Assembly: GCA_963724295.1 (NCBI GenBank)
Contig: CAVRUC010000005.1
Span: 64,001-128,000, forward strand
Length of the DNA stretch: 64,000 nt
Direction of reading: 5' to 3'
Source of the DNA: an uncultured Chloroflexia bacterium
GTDB taxonomy: Bacteria; Chloroflexota; Chloroflexia; Thermomicrobiales; UBA6265
How positions within the stretch are numbered: the first letter of the stretch is position 1; the number at the start of each line of letters is the position of its first letter. Below the pieces are notes generated by a model. That model had not been told where the DNA came from, made no database searches, and was given only the letters and a program-made list of their open reading frames with translations. Position numbers and translations under genes: made by a program. This document shows positions 40,158-49,818 of this stretch, one piece after another.

Positions 40158-42911
40158 GTGGCACAACCTGACATAGTGTCTCCCATCATGCCGTCGCAAC
40201 GGACGCTGTCCGACGATGTCTATTTGCTGGCCGGGCTGCTAGGCGAAGTGCTGCGCGGTTCAGGCGGCGAGCGCGCCTTTGTCCAGACCGAGACGGCGCG
40301 CACCCTCGCCAAGGATCTGCGTCGAGGCAATGCCCAGGCCGGGGTTGAGCTCGACGCCCTGGTGCGAGGTCTTCCCGACGACGAGGCCGAGACCCTGGTT
40401 CGCGCCTTTACCAACTACTTCCAGCTCATCAATCTCGCGGAAGACAGCGAGCGAATCCGCCGCATCCGCACCCGCAGCGTGGCCGAGGGTGGACCGCGGC
40501 GGGGCTCATTGATTGAGGCAGTCCAGCTTCTCGCCAACCACGGAATCGACGCCAGCCAACTGGCGCAGCTGCTGAGTCGCGCCCAGATTCGCCTTGTCCT
40601 GACGGCTCACCCGACCGAGGCGCGGCGACGAACGATTATCGCCAAGCTGGCGCGCATCTTCGGCATTCTTCGCGATCTCGATGAGCGCGTGCTGCTCCCG
40701 GACGAGGTCGAGCGAGCGCGCCTGCGTCTGGCCCACACCATCGAGGAGGTGTGGTACTCGGAAGAGGTTCGAGCGACAGAGCTCACCGTCCTGGACGAAG
40801 TACGCACCAGCCTGGTCTATTTTCTCTCCACATTCGTGGAGGTGATCCCCAGGCTCTACCGAGACCTCGAGGAAGCCATATCAACTGTCTACCCGGACAG
40901 TGGAATCGTCGTGCCGCCGTTGCTCATGCCAGGGACATGGATCGGTGGCGACCGCGATGGCAACCCGAATGTCACACCGCAGGTCACAGCGCAGGCACTG
41001 GACGTGATGCACGGGGCGGCGATTGGATTGTTGGAGGAGCGTCTACTCGAGCTGGCAGGTCGGGTGTCAGTCGCGGAGAGCATCTCCGGCCCGGCGCCGC
41101 TGCTCGACCCACTTATCCAGGGACTGGCGGATCGATTCCCGGAGACGGCCTCCCGGGTCTTGCGCATCAACGCCGGCGAACCCTACCGCCAGGCATTGAC
41201 GTTGATGCGCGAGCGACTACGCGCTTCGCGTGACGCGGCATCTGCCGGATACACGACGTCAACCGACCTGCTAGATGACCTCCGCGTCATTGACCGGTCG
41301 CTGCGGAGCCAGGGCGCTGATTTGATCGCCGATGGTGATCTGCGCGATGTCATCCGGCTGACCGAGGTCTTCGGGTTCCATCTGGCCGTCATGGACGTCC
41401 GCGAGCATGCTTCGCGTCACACCACGGCACTGGCGGAAATCTTTCGCCATACCGGAATGACGGATGCCTACCTTGAATTCGGCGAGGAAGAGCGAAGCGC
41501 ATTGCTCACGCGTGAGATCGAAAATCCGCGACCCCTCATCCCGGTCAGCCTGGAGCGCTTTTCGGAGGAGACCCGGAACGTCGTTGGTACATTTCGGATC
41601 ATTGCCGAAGCGATCAACGGACGGCACCAGGGAGCAATCGAGACCTATGTGATCTCCGGAGCGGAAGCTCCGTCCGACGTCCTGGCGGTCCTGCTCTTGA
41701 TGAAGGAGTCGGGATTGGCGGAGCCGGGAGGATCCGGCGCCCGATTATCTATCGCGCCGCTCTTCGAACAGGAGCAGGGACTGCGTGATGCCCCCGGGAC
41801 AATGGCAACGCTCCTTGGCCTCCCGGTCTATCGACAGGCACTGCAGGCACGCGGGGCGAACCAGGAGGTCATGATCGGCTATTCCGACTCGAACAAGGAG
41901 ATCGGGTTCCTCGGTTCGGCATGGGCGCTTTATCAGGCGCAGCGGGATCTGACCAGGTTATTTGAGACGGAAGGGATCGGTCATACGTTCTTTCACGGCA
42001 GAGGCGGCGCGATTGGGCGCGGCGGGGGTCCGACCAACGTCGCCATCCTGGCGCTCCCACCTGGATCAGTGGCAGGCCGTGTCAAGTTGACGGAGCAGGG
42101 CGAAGTCATCGCCTCCCGGTATGCGACAGCCGCGGTGGCCCACCGTGAGCTGGAACTGGTCAGCGGAGCCGTATTGGCGAGCGCGGTCGGTGTGCTCGCC
42201 GTTCCGGATCCAACGCGGCTTTCCGCGTTCGAAGACGCCATGGCTGAGATGTCCGCAGCCGCGGTCTCGGCATATCGGGATCTCGTCTATGGTGACCAGG
42301 AGTTGGTTTGCTTTTTCGAGCAGGCGACGCCAGTTTCAGAAATTTCCCAATTGCAGATTGGCTCTCGCCCGGCGAGGCGGCACGAAACTCGCCGCATTGA
42401 AGACCTGCGGGCAATTCCCTGGGTCTTCGCCTGGACGCAGTCCAGGTTTCTGCTCCCCGGCTGGTATGGCGTCGGGGCTGGGCTCGAGCGAGGCCGGGAA
42501 ACATTTGGTGCGGAGCTACTCCAGGCGATGGATCGAGAATGGCCATTCTTCGCCGCAACTATCGCCAATGCGGAGATGGCGCTCGCCAAGTCGGATCTGG
42601 ATATCGCCGAGCGCTACGCGAATCTCGTCGCTGATGCCGAGGTGCGGAGTCGCATCTGGCAGCGGATCCAGGACGAGCATGAACGGTCCACGCGAGAGAT
42701 CCTGCGCTTGACCGGTCAGAACCGCCTGCTTGATCGCGAACCGGTCCTGCGGCGTTCGGTCGACCGCCGCAATCCTTACGTCGATCCAATCTCTTTTGTC
42801 CAAGTCGAGCTGCTGCGCCGGCTGCGAGGAGGCTCTGCTCGGGACTCGACATTGCGCGCGATCTTGCGCACGGTCAACGGAATCGCCGGCGGTCTCAAGA
42901 ACACCGGATAG
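40158..42911 (+). CDS. ppc: Phosphoenolpyruvate carboxylase
   Basis: TAHPTE, GGDRDGNP, QEVMIGYSDSNKE, FHGRGG, LRAIPW, C-terminal GLKNTG; start uncertain (40131/40158/40188). Confidence 0.97.
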   Translation: MAQPDIVSPIMPSQRTLSDDVYLLAGLLGEVLRGSGGERAFVQTETARTLAKDLRRGNAQAGVELDALVRGLPDDEAETLVRAFTNYFQLINLAEDSERIRRIRTRSVAEGGPRRGSLIEAVQLLANHGIDASQLAQLLSRAQIRLVLTAHPTEARRRTIIAKLARIFGILRDLDERVLLPDEVERARLRLAHTIEEVWYSEEVRATELTVLDEVRTSLVYFLSTFVEVIPRLYRDLEEAISTVYPDSGIVVPPLLMPGTWIGGDRDGNPNVTPQVTAQALDVMHGAAIGLLEERLLELAGRVSVAESISGPAPLLDPLIQGLADRFPETASRVLRINAGEPYRQALTLMRERLRASRDAASAGYTTSTDLLDDLRVIDRSLRSQGADLIADGDLRDVIRLTEVFGFHLAVMDVREHASRHTTALAEIFRHTGMTDAYLEFGEEERSALLTREIENPRPLIPVSLERFSEETRNVVGTFRIIAEAINGRHQGAIETYVISGAEAPSDVLAVLLLMKESGLAEPGGSGARLSIAPLFEQEQGLRDAPGTMATLLGLPVYRQALQARGANQEVMIGYSDSNKEIGFLGSAWALYQAQRDLTRLFETEGIGHTFFHGRGGAIGRGGGPTNVAILALPPGSVAGRVKLTEQGEVIASRYATAAVAHRELELVSGAVLASAVGVLAVPDPTRLSAFEDAMAEMSAAAVSAYRDLVYGDQELVCFFEQATPVSEISQLQIGSRPARRHETRRIEDLRAIPWVFAWTQSRFLLPGWYGVGAGLERGRETFGAELLQAMDREWPFFAATIANAEMALAKSDLDIAERYANLVADAEVRSRIWQRIQDEHERSTREILRLTGQNRLLDREPVLRRSVDRRNPYVDPISFVQVELLRRLRGGSARDSTLRAILRTVNGIAGGLKNTG

Positions 42912-42917
42912 CGGTGA

Positions 42918-42952
42918 ATAAAAGCAACCGCGGGATCAAATGATCCCGCGGT
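42918..42952 (-). terminator. Intrinsic terminator between convergent genes
   Basis: ACCGCGGGATCA-AA-TGATCCCGCGGT followed on the minus strand by TGCTTTTA. Confidence 0.7.
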
Positions 42953-43004
42953 CAACTCGGCGTTTTAGAAAGCCCGGGCCACCATGGCCGGGCGCCAGGA
43001 CTAC

Positions 43005-43373
43005 TTACTCGACGACTGCCGAAGGCGGCAACAGAACCTCACCCGAGGCAGCGACCGGCGGCAGCGGGTAGCCGAGAACGGCCTCGACGTCGGAGGCGAA
43101 CTCATCACCGGCCGCAACATCGCCAAGGTCCACCGAATAGGCGACACCCTGATCGGCCAGGTCCGTGTTCACAACGCCCTCGACGACCTGGTAGACGCCC
43201 TCTCGGACGGCGGTCGTGCACGTATTGACGTCGAAGCCAAGAGCTAGGCACGCCAACTCGACTGACGAAACTTCAGGTGCCGACGGTTGCGCCGCAACCG
43301 GGCCTGCCATCACGAACGGCACCGCCAGGCTCAACAGCCCCGCTCCAAGCCGCACCTTCGAAATTCTGCTCAT
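43005..43373 (-). CDS. Small secreted hypothetical protein
   Basis: Sec signal MSRISKVRLGAGLLSLAVPFVMAGPVAA; two Cys; purine-rich RBS GAGGGAAAGG. Confidence 0.7.
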   Translation of the reverse strand: MSRISKVRLGAGLLSLAVPFVMAGPVAAQPSAPEVSSVELACLALGFDVNTCTTAVREGVYQVVEGVVNTDLADQGVAYSVDLGDVAAGDEFASDVEAVLGYPLPPVAASGEVLLPPSAVVE

Positions 43374-43471
43374 TGTGACCTTTCCCTCCGCGACTCTCAC
43401 CCCGAGCCCAAGATCGACGAGGCAGGCAGCCCCCCGACCGCTGCTCGCCGGGCGCTCACTACGCCCAGCGC

Positions 43472-43499
43472 ATTGTACTACCTGCCAGCCGCAAGTAAA
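43472..43499 (-). promoter_or_regulatory. Sigma70-type promoter for the small secreted protein
   Basis: TTTACT-16 bp-TACAAT on the minus strand. Confidence 0.45.
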
Positions 43500-43508
43500 A
43501 CCCCCCTA

Positions 43509-45107
43509 TCACGAATCCATACTTCCGGCGGATTCACTCGCGGTCGGTTCCGACGGCCCGAGCGCATAGACGTACCCATCCTGGCTGCTGGCAATGACCC
43601 TCTCGGCGACCACCGCAATGTCGGCGGTGACAGCGCCTCCGGTGACATGCGTCCAGAGCGTGGTGCCATCGCGGCGATCGATGGCGGTCACCGTCGGTCC
43701 GCTGCCAATGTACAGACCGTCATCCGCAAACGTGACCGACGAGCGTATGGCGTACCCGAGCGGGCTGCTCCAGCGTGTCTCACCGGTGGCGGCGTCGACG
43801 GCACGTACCGACTGGTCGTCGCCGCCGAGAAAGACGACGTCGTCAGCCACGGCCGGTGACGACTCTCCCCCGACGTCTCGGCGCCAGAGTTGCGCCCCCG
43901 TTTTCAGGTCGAACGCCACGAGTGATGGTGCATCCGTCGCCACGAAAGCGACGCCCCGCGCTATGGCGGGGGTCGTAAATGCTTCGCCGCCCACCGGCCT
44001 CTGCCATAACTCGCGTCCCGACTGGGCGTCGATCGCCGTGGCCACGCCTGCCTCGTCCGCGATGACGACCACCCCGTCGGCGACTGCGGGCGAACCAAAC
44101 AGCAGGTTGTCGTTCCTGTAGTGCCAGATTTCTTCGCCGGTCGCTGTCGAGATCGCGGAGAGGTGTCCCTCCTGTGTCGCGACATAGACCCGGTCCCCGT
44201 CGACCACCGGGGAACAGGATCCGGCGAACCTGAGCGGTACGCTCCAGCGCTCCAGCCCTGTCTGTGCGTCGATAGCCAGCAGCGCGTAACCGGCAGCGAC
44301 GAACACCGTCTTGTCAGAGAGTGCCGGCGTCGTGCGGGCGACGTAGTCCCCGACATGAACTCTCCACATCTCACTTCCGTCTGCGAGCCGCAAGGCGACG
44401 AGACTCCCTGCCTTTGTGGCGACATAGACGGTCTCAGGGCCGACGACAGGCGATGCGTAGCTTTCGCCGCCGACGAACGTCTTCCACTTCACGACCGGGC
44501 GTTTCAGTTGAGCTGGGCCCGGATTTTCTCCGGTCCGCGCGGCGTTGCCGCGAAACATTGGCACGATGGCGCCAGACTCGCTTATCACGACAGAGACCTC
44601 TGCCGGATCAGGCGTTGGAGTCGGAACCGCCACCGTGGTGGGCTGTGCCGAGGTCTGGGACCCCGTTAGGCCAAGCGTTTGCACCAGCGCACCGCCGAGA
44701 ACGATCGACGATACGACGACGGTCGCCGTCCCGGCGCGAGCCATGTTGCGGTCGTCGCGTCTGAGCCGCAAGAAACCAACGAGGACACTCAGCAAGCCTA
44801 GAATGAATACGGGAGCCGCGATTCCGGAAGCACCGCCAAACCAGAGGGCAAGCAACGCCGCGATGGCGCCAACCCAAACCAGCCCCAGTCCTTCCCCTGA
44901 CTCGCTCGCCATGCGACGGCGGCGTTCCTCGCGGTCGCGTTCTCGAGCAGCGAGGAGATAGTCTGGTAACGCGAACTGTGTTTGTTGAGCTCTCTTGAGA
45001 CCAAGGGTTGCGACACTGGCAAGCAGCACCCCGCAGTCGGCGCAAAATTCCGACGTCGGTGGATTGACTTGACCACAAAGACCGCAGCGCCGCTCTCGAA
45101 CGTCCAT
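43509..45107 (-). CDS. Zinc-ribbon/TM protein with PQQ-like (BamB-type) beta-propeller
   Basis: CGLCG..FCADCG; about three TM helices; PTPTP linker; MFRGNAARTG and repeated A.D..TG...W motifs. Confidence 0.88.
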   Translation of the reverse strand: MDVRERRCGLCGQVNPPTSEFCADCGVLLASVATLGLKRAQQTQFALPDYLLAARERDREERRRRMASESGEGLGLVWVGAIAALLALWFGGASGIAAPVFILGLLSVLVGFLRLRRDDRNMARAGTATVVVSSIVLGGALVQTLGLTGSQTSAQPTTVAVPTPTPDPAEVSVVISESGAIVPMFRGNAARTGENPGPAQLKRPVVKWKTFVGGESYASPVVGPETVYVATKAGSLVALRLADGSEMWRVHVGDYVARTTPALSDKTVFVAAGYALLAIDAQTGLERWSVPLRFAGSCSPVVDGDRVYVATQEGHLSAISTATGEEIWHYRNDNLLFGSPAVADGVVVIADEAGVATAIDAQSGRELWQRPVGGEAFTTPAIARGVAFVATDAPSLVAFDLKTGAQLWRRDVGGESSPAVADDVVFLGGDDQSVRAVDAATGETRWSSPLGYAIRSSVTFADDGLYIGSGPTVTAIDRRDGTTLWTHVTGGAVTADIAVVAERVIASSQDGYVYALGPSEPTASESAGSMDS

Positions 45108-45173
45108 ATTCTGAGATCCAATTCGCCCTGGGATCCGGGTGCTGAGCCCGCTGGCCGTATCGTAATTGGCTAC

Positions 45174-45800
45174 CTATCGATCGGGTACTGTGCCAACGCA
45201 GATTGTCCATGGGAACGAACCGACGAGCCGCCGCACGACGAACTGCTCCCTGACCAATGCCCCGAAAGCCGATCGTGACCAGAACTGCTTGTGATCCGGG
45301 TCGCTTCCCCTGGGACGCACGTCGAGATTCTTCCCGCGCGCGGCGTTGGCTAGGCAGAACAGCGGCTCATGCGGCACGCTGAGCACGACCGACTGGCGGG
45401 TGACGCGCGCCAGCTCGGACAGCGCCCGGCGTGGCAGATCACCGGGAAGGTGCTCGAGCACCTCGAAACAACCGACAACGTCGAACGAGCGGTCTGCAAA
45501 CGGCAGGTCGACAACGCTACCGGTCACGAACCGCGCCTCTGGATTCGCGCTGGCGGCGATCTCTAGCGCGCCGCCGGAGACGTCGCAACCCGTCAAAGCG
45601 ATTTCCGGAAGGGTGCTGATGATCCTGCGGGCGACAAACCCCTCGCCGCAGCCGGCATCGAGGAATGTCCGCGGCGAGAGCGCTACAACCTCGGCCACGA
45701 TCTTGTCGTGAAAACGCTCGATGAGCACCCGCTGCAACGGATTCGCCGCGGTGTGCTTGCGGTAATTGCTCGACATGCGAGACCGAGCGTCAAGGCTCAT
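45174..45800 (-). CDS. Class I SAM-dependent methyltransferase
   Basis: FLDAGCGEG, LPFADRSFDVV, EVLEH. Confidence 0.9.
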   Translation of the reverse strand: MSLDARSRMSSNYRKHTAANPLQRVLIERFHDKIVAEVVALSPRTFLDAGCGEGFVARRIISTLPEIALTGCDVSGGALEIAASANPEARFVTGSVVDLPFADRSFDVVGCFEVLEHLPGDLPRRALSELARVTRQSVVLSVPHEPLFCLANAARGKNLDVRPRGSDPDHKQFWSRSAFGALVREQFVVRRLVGSFPWTICVGTVPDR

Positions 45801-45871
45801 GCCAGCTATTCCGGTCCTGTTCTGTCACGGCTCTCACGTACTCCGTCGGGAAGTATCCGGTATCAACGCCA

Positions 45872-46885
45872 TCACTGGCGATTGGTAGCCGCTCGCGCCA
45901 GTCGCACTACCCCCCAGACCGGGGGCGTTACCACAAAGAGCGCCAGCCGATAGGCAACGGCCGCCAGCACGACCGGTCCCGCGGCAATTCCCGCCAGCCC
46001 GGCCGCCGCGACCATCAACGCCTCCCGTACGCCGGCGCCGCCAGGCACCGGGCTGAGCATGCCGACCAACACCGGCACACCCATGATTCCGAGAAGGAGC
46101 GAAAGCGAAACCGTCACGCCAAAAAGCTGCAAGAGTGCGGCCATGATGCCTGTCTGGATAGCCCAGAAAGCGCCGGTCAGGGTCAGGGCAAGGAGCGCCA
46201 GCATCGGGTGGTCAGCCGGGCTGGAAAGCATACGACCGGCAAATGGAGCGATCCGTTCCCGGATTGCCGTCGATCGGCTCATGACACTCATCGCAATGGC
46301 GCCTAGGGCCAGGACAATCACCAGAATCGCCAGGACTCGGCCGTCGACACGCATCGACTGCACAAGGTCCGACCCGCCCAGCAGCAGCCACGCGGCAGAA
46401 ATAACGGTTAGCGCCGTCACGTCAAGCGCGGCCTCCCAACCAACGACCGCTCCACTCTGCCCGGGGCTGAGCTCCAGGTCGCGGACGGTCAGCGCAGCCC
46501 GGGTCGGTACCGCCAACCCAATCGGCGCCGCATAGTTCACGATCACCGACGTCAGGAAGACCTCAGCCGACGAGCTCCAGCGCGGAACGCCACCGGCCAT
46601 CCGGACCAGCGCATGCCAACGAATCCCGAGCAACAGAATGCTGGCAGCGTAAATGAGCAAGATGGCGGCGATGCGTGCCGGGTGAACCGTGCGCACTGAA
46701 TCCACGATCTCGCCTAACCCACCCTGTCGCCACAGCAGAAAGGTCGCCAAGGCGGCAGCGAGACCGAAAATGACGGGCGTCGGCACCGCCAGGATGGGGC
46801 CATACCAGCGTCTCCGCCGCCCGGTCGTGCCCTCCTCCACGTTCAGACGTGCATTTTTCTCACGGGGCGAAGCCGTCTCATTCAC
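45872..46885 (-). CDS. Lysylphosphatidylglycerol-synthase TM / flippase-like membrane protein (UPF0104)
   Basis: Multi-TM; RW..L, PVPGGAGVRE, YRL motifs; GTGA overlap with GT2 stop. Confidence 0.85.
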   Translation of the reverse strand: MNETASPREKNARLNVEEGTTGRRRRWYGPILAVPTPVIFGLAAALATFLLWRQGGLGEIVDSVRTVHPARIAAILLIYAASILLLGIRWHALVRMAGGVPRWSSSAEVFLTSVIVNYAAPIGLAVPTRAALTVRDLELSPGQSGAVVGWEAALDVTALTVISAAWLLLGGSDLVQSMRVDGRVLAILVIVLALGAIAMSVMSRSTAIRERIAPFAGRMLSSPADHPMLALLALTLTGAFWAIQTGIMAALLQLFGVTVSLSLLLGIMGVPVLVGMLSPVPGGAGVREALMVAAAGLAGIAAGPVVLAAVAYRLALFVVTPPVWGVVRLARAATNRQ

Positions 46886-48075
46886 CGGCCTACCGGCGCT
46901 TGTGGGTCGTTTTCTGGACCGCGAGGGTTCTGTCTTCCCACGGACTGACGGACAGGCGCGGGCCACGCGGCGCTGTCATGCCCGTGGTCCCGGTGGACAA
47001 GCAGCTCGCCTAGCAAGCCGAGACCAAAAAACTGAACGCCGACCACCACGAGCAGTACGGCAAGGAGTAGCAGGGGGCGATTCCCGATCGAAGCGCCGGT
47101 GAGAATCTTCTCCGCGGTCAGCCAGAGACCGATGAGACCACCGGTGGCCAGCGCGACCACTCCGGGCACGCCCAACACGTGCATCGGCCGCTGCCGATAC
47201 TCCGTCAGGAACGTCACCGTGAGCAGATCGAGAAACCCCTTGATCAACCGAGACCAACCGTACTTCGATGTCCCCCAGCGACGCGGATGATGCCGGACAG
47301 GAAGCTCCCCGACCCGGAAGCCTTCGGCATGGGCCAGCACTGGCGTGAACCGGTGCAGTTCGCCATACAGGCGGATCGTGCGAACGACATCAGCGCGATA
47401 GATCTTGAATCCGCAGTTGAAGTCGTGCAGCGGCACACCGGAGACCGCGCGCACCGTGGCGTTGAAGAGTCGGCTGGGAAGGGTCTTCCCCAGTGGATCC
47501 TGGCGCCGCTGCTTCCAGCCTGAGACCAGATCGAAGCCCTCGTCGAGCTTGGCCAGAAAGCGGGGGATTTCCGCGGGATCATCCTGGAGATCGGCATCCA
47601 TCGTAAGAATCAGATCACCAGACGCAGCCGCGAACCCCGTCGCCAGCCCGCGCGCCTTTCCAAAGTTCCTCCGGTGTCGCAGCCCCACAACCCGCCGGTC
47701 GCGCTCGGAGAGAGCCTCTATGGCCTCCCAGGTCTCATCTGTCGAACCATCGTCGATCAGAATCAACTCGAACGAGATGTCTGTTGCTTCGAGAACATCG
47801 GCGATGGCACGGTGCAAGGCCGGGATATTGCCTGCTTCATTCATCGCGGGAACGACGACGCTCAGCTGCGGCCCGTCGCCGCGCTCCTCTCTGACGGCCA
47901 AATTCGGGGGATCGAGAACCCCATCGACCGACGGCAAGAGCGCCAGTCCGTCATGCTGTTCCGAGACCTGTCGCGGGGGGTGCTGTTTCAAGGCAACGAC
48001 ATTCCTGACCGGGCGTTGTCTGCAACTGCGTGGATTATGCGCTCCCGGCGGCACTCGCACCAAAAGCGTCGCCAT
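46882..48075 (-). CDS. GT2 polyprenyl-phosphate glycosyltransferase (ArnC/GtrB-like)
   Basis: SVVVPAMNE, IDDGSTD, RNFGK, MDADLQDDP, DFNCGFK, two C-terminal TM helices; start uncertain. Confidence 0.92.
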   Translation of the reverse strand: MATLLVRVPPGAHNPRSCRQRPVRNVVALKQHPPRQVSEQHDGLALLPSVDGVLDPPNLAVREERGDGPQLSVVVPAMNEAGNIPALHRAIADVLEATDISFELILIDDGSTDETWEAIEALSERDRRVVGLRHRRNFGKARGLATGFAAASGDLILTMDADLQDDPAEIPRFLAKLDEGFDLVSGWKQRRQDPLGKTLPSRLFNATVRAVSGVPLHDFNCGFKIYRADVVRTIRLYGELHRFTPVLAHAEGFRVGELPVRHHPRRWGTSKYGWSRLIKGFLDLLTVTFLTEYRQRPMHVLGVPGVVALATGGLIGLWLTAEKILTGASIGNRPLLLLAVLLVVVGVQFFGLGLLGELLVHRDHGHDSAAWPAPVRQSVGRQNPRGPENDPQAPVGR

Positions 48076-48133
48076 GGGACGATAGAGTTCCGGTAGAAAC
48101 AGCCGGCGTCGTGGGGGAAGGGATCGGGGCATC

Positions 48134-48715
48134 GTGGGCTGGCTCAGGCTCTCGCAACGTCCTGGTGACCACCGTGCTCGGCGACCGCTAGCGGGACCGA
48201 CCGCGCGGCGGTCGCTCCGGGCCGCATCGATTGCGCTTGCCTGCGCTCTGCTGGCCGGCTGCGGCGGCGATCCGATTCTGGCGCCTCCTGTCGATCCGTC
48301 TCCCCGGCCTACGATCGATACAAGGCAGATTTCCGCCGCAACTCCGATGGCCACCGCTGCGGCTCAACAGATTGGCGACGTAATCTGGGCAACCGCCACC
48401 GATCCAGCGACCAACGCGCCGATAGATACCGTCTCCAGCTACCCTGCGAATACTTTGCGAATTGTGGCCGCGATGCGCACCGATGCGCTCCCGGCCGGGT
48501 CAAGCGTCGAAGCCACCTGGGAGTACAACGACACGTCTCTCGACGCATTTACGACCCGGCTGACGCCGGCCGGCAACGGAGCCAATCAGTGGATCAGCTT
48601 TTACATCGAGCGGGATCCCGAAGTGGAATGGCCGGTAGGAACATATGAGGTAAGAATTTCTCTGAACGGGGCCACGGTGCACGAGGCCGCCGTCGAAGTA
48701 CGTGAAGAATCCTGA
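48134..48715 (+). CDS. Putative lipoprotein
   Basis: Lipobox LLAGC after Arg-rich and hydrophobic segment; beta-rich C-terminal domain. Confidence 0.7.
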   Translation: MGWLRLSQRPGDHRARRPLAGPTARRSLRAASIALACALLAGCGGDPILAPPVDPSPRPTIDTRQISAATPMATAAAQQIGDVIWATATDPATNAPIDTVSSYPANTLRIVAAMRTDALPAGSSVEATWEYNDTSLDAFTTRLTPAGNGANQWISFYIERDPEVEWPVGTYEVRISLNGATVHEAAVEVREES

Positions 48716-48740
48716 GTGGCAGGTGACGATTTCGCGCGGC

Positions 48741-48770
48741 TTGCCACCCGAGAAAACAGGGTGGTACGCT
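48741..48770 (+). promoter_or_regulatory. Sigma70-type promoter with extended -10
   Basis: TTGCCA-18 bp-TACGCT with TGn. Confidence 0.5.
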
Positions 48771-48918
48771 CACTTCGTCGGGACAGGATGAAGTTCAGTT
48801 TCCCGCGCTGAGCCGTAGATGGTCCGGATACCCGGACCATTCCCAAGCGCGGGGCCGGTGTCCGCAATAGCTTCACGCGGGGATACGCCGCACGCTGTTG
48901 TAGCGGCAGGAGCTTGAA

Positions 48919-49260
48919 GTGCCAACCGACGCGGCCGCTAAACCAAATGACGACCTCGGCCCACGTCAACCCACGACGCTGGCGGGTCGCTGCGATCGGG
49001 ATCATTCAGGACCGTTCGCATGGCAGGATGGCCGGCGGCTCTGGATTCTCGACGGCGGCGAAACGAACTGGGTTCTCGCCGAATTGCTTTTCGACCCGCA
49101 GTCATGCCGCTATCTCGAAGTCCGGCGCGCCACGTACCAGTGGCCGCGCGAGGCCGCCGGTGCTCTCCTCGGCAGATCGTTCGTCGGCGGACGGCGCCGG
49201 GCGGAAGAGGCGGCGCGTGGGCTCTCGGCGTGGGTCAGGCGATCCGAGTCAATCCGATAG
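48919..49260 (+). CDS. Hypothetical protein
   Basis: AGGAG RBS 6 nt before GTG; globular Trp-rich sequence; fills the gap between genes. Confidence 0.65.
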   Translation: MPTDAAAKPNDDLGPRQPTTLAGRCDRDHSGPFAWQDGRRLWILDGGETNWVLAELLFDPQSCRYLEVRRATYQWPREAAGALLGRSFVGGRRRAEEAARGLSAWVRRSESIR

Positions 49261-49818
49261 CGAGGACGTCTCAGACTCGCTCGCTGCTGAACCGCGGAAT
49301 GCTTTCTCTCCGGCCGCGATTGTCACCGCGAGCTGGTTCTCCTCGGGCGGAATCGGGCAGCTCCACCCCGTGCCATAGGCGCAGAAGGGGTTATAGGCAT
49401 AGTTGAAGTCGACCTCGATGGTTCCGTCGGGACGAGTTTGGGGTTCCAGATAGCGCCCAACCTCGTAGGTCTCTCCTCCTGCTGATGCGTCTCGAAACGG
49501 AATGAACAGACTCCCGCGATCGCTGTCCCTGAAGACGGTTAGCACAACTGGAACACGGTCGACCTCCAGTCGGACTCGTCCGGCACGGGAGAACGACTTC
49601 GTCTTGCCATCGGTTGTTGGCACATCGAGCGTTTCGCCGATGTCTGAACCCGAATCATCCAGTGGCAGGTTGAGGGACAGGTCAGCGCGCTCGGGAAAAT
49701 AGTCAAGACCCTCGAACTGCGCTCGTTGCGATTCACTGAGTGGAGAATGCGGATGCTCCGCGAAAAAATGGTCGCGGCGGTGACGGTATCCTGCCAATCG
49801 CTCCGCTTTGTCTGTCAT
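49249..49818 (-). CDS. DUF1684 domain protein
   Basis: HSPL, LFIPFRDA..G.ETY..GRYL, DFNYAYNPFCAY...CPIPPEEN; ATGA-coupled to GMC gene. Confidence 0.9.
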   Translation of the reverse strand: MTDKAERLAGYRHRRDHFFAEHPHSPLSESQRAQFEGLDYFPERADLSLNLPLDDSGSDIGETLDVPTTDGKTKSFSRAGRVRLEVDRVPVVLTVFRDSDRGSLFIPFRDASAGGETYEVGRYLEPQTRPDGTIEVDFNYAYNPFCAYGTGWSCPIPPEENQLAVTIAAGEKAFRGSAASESETSSLSD

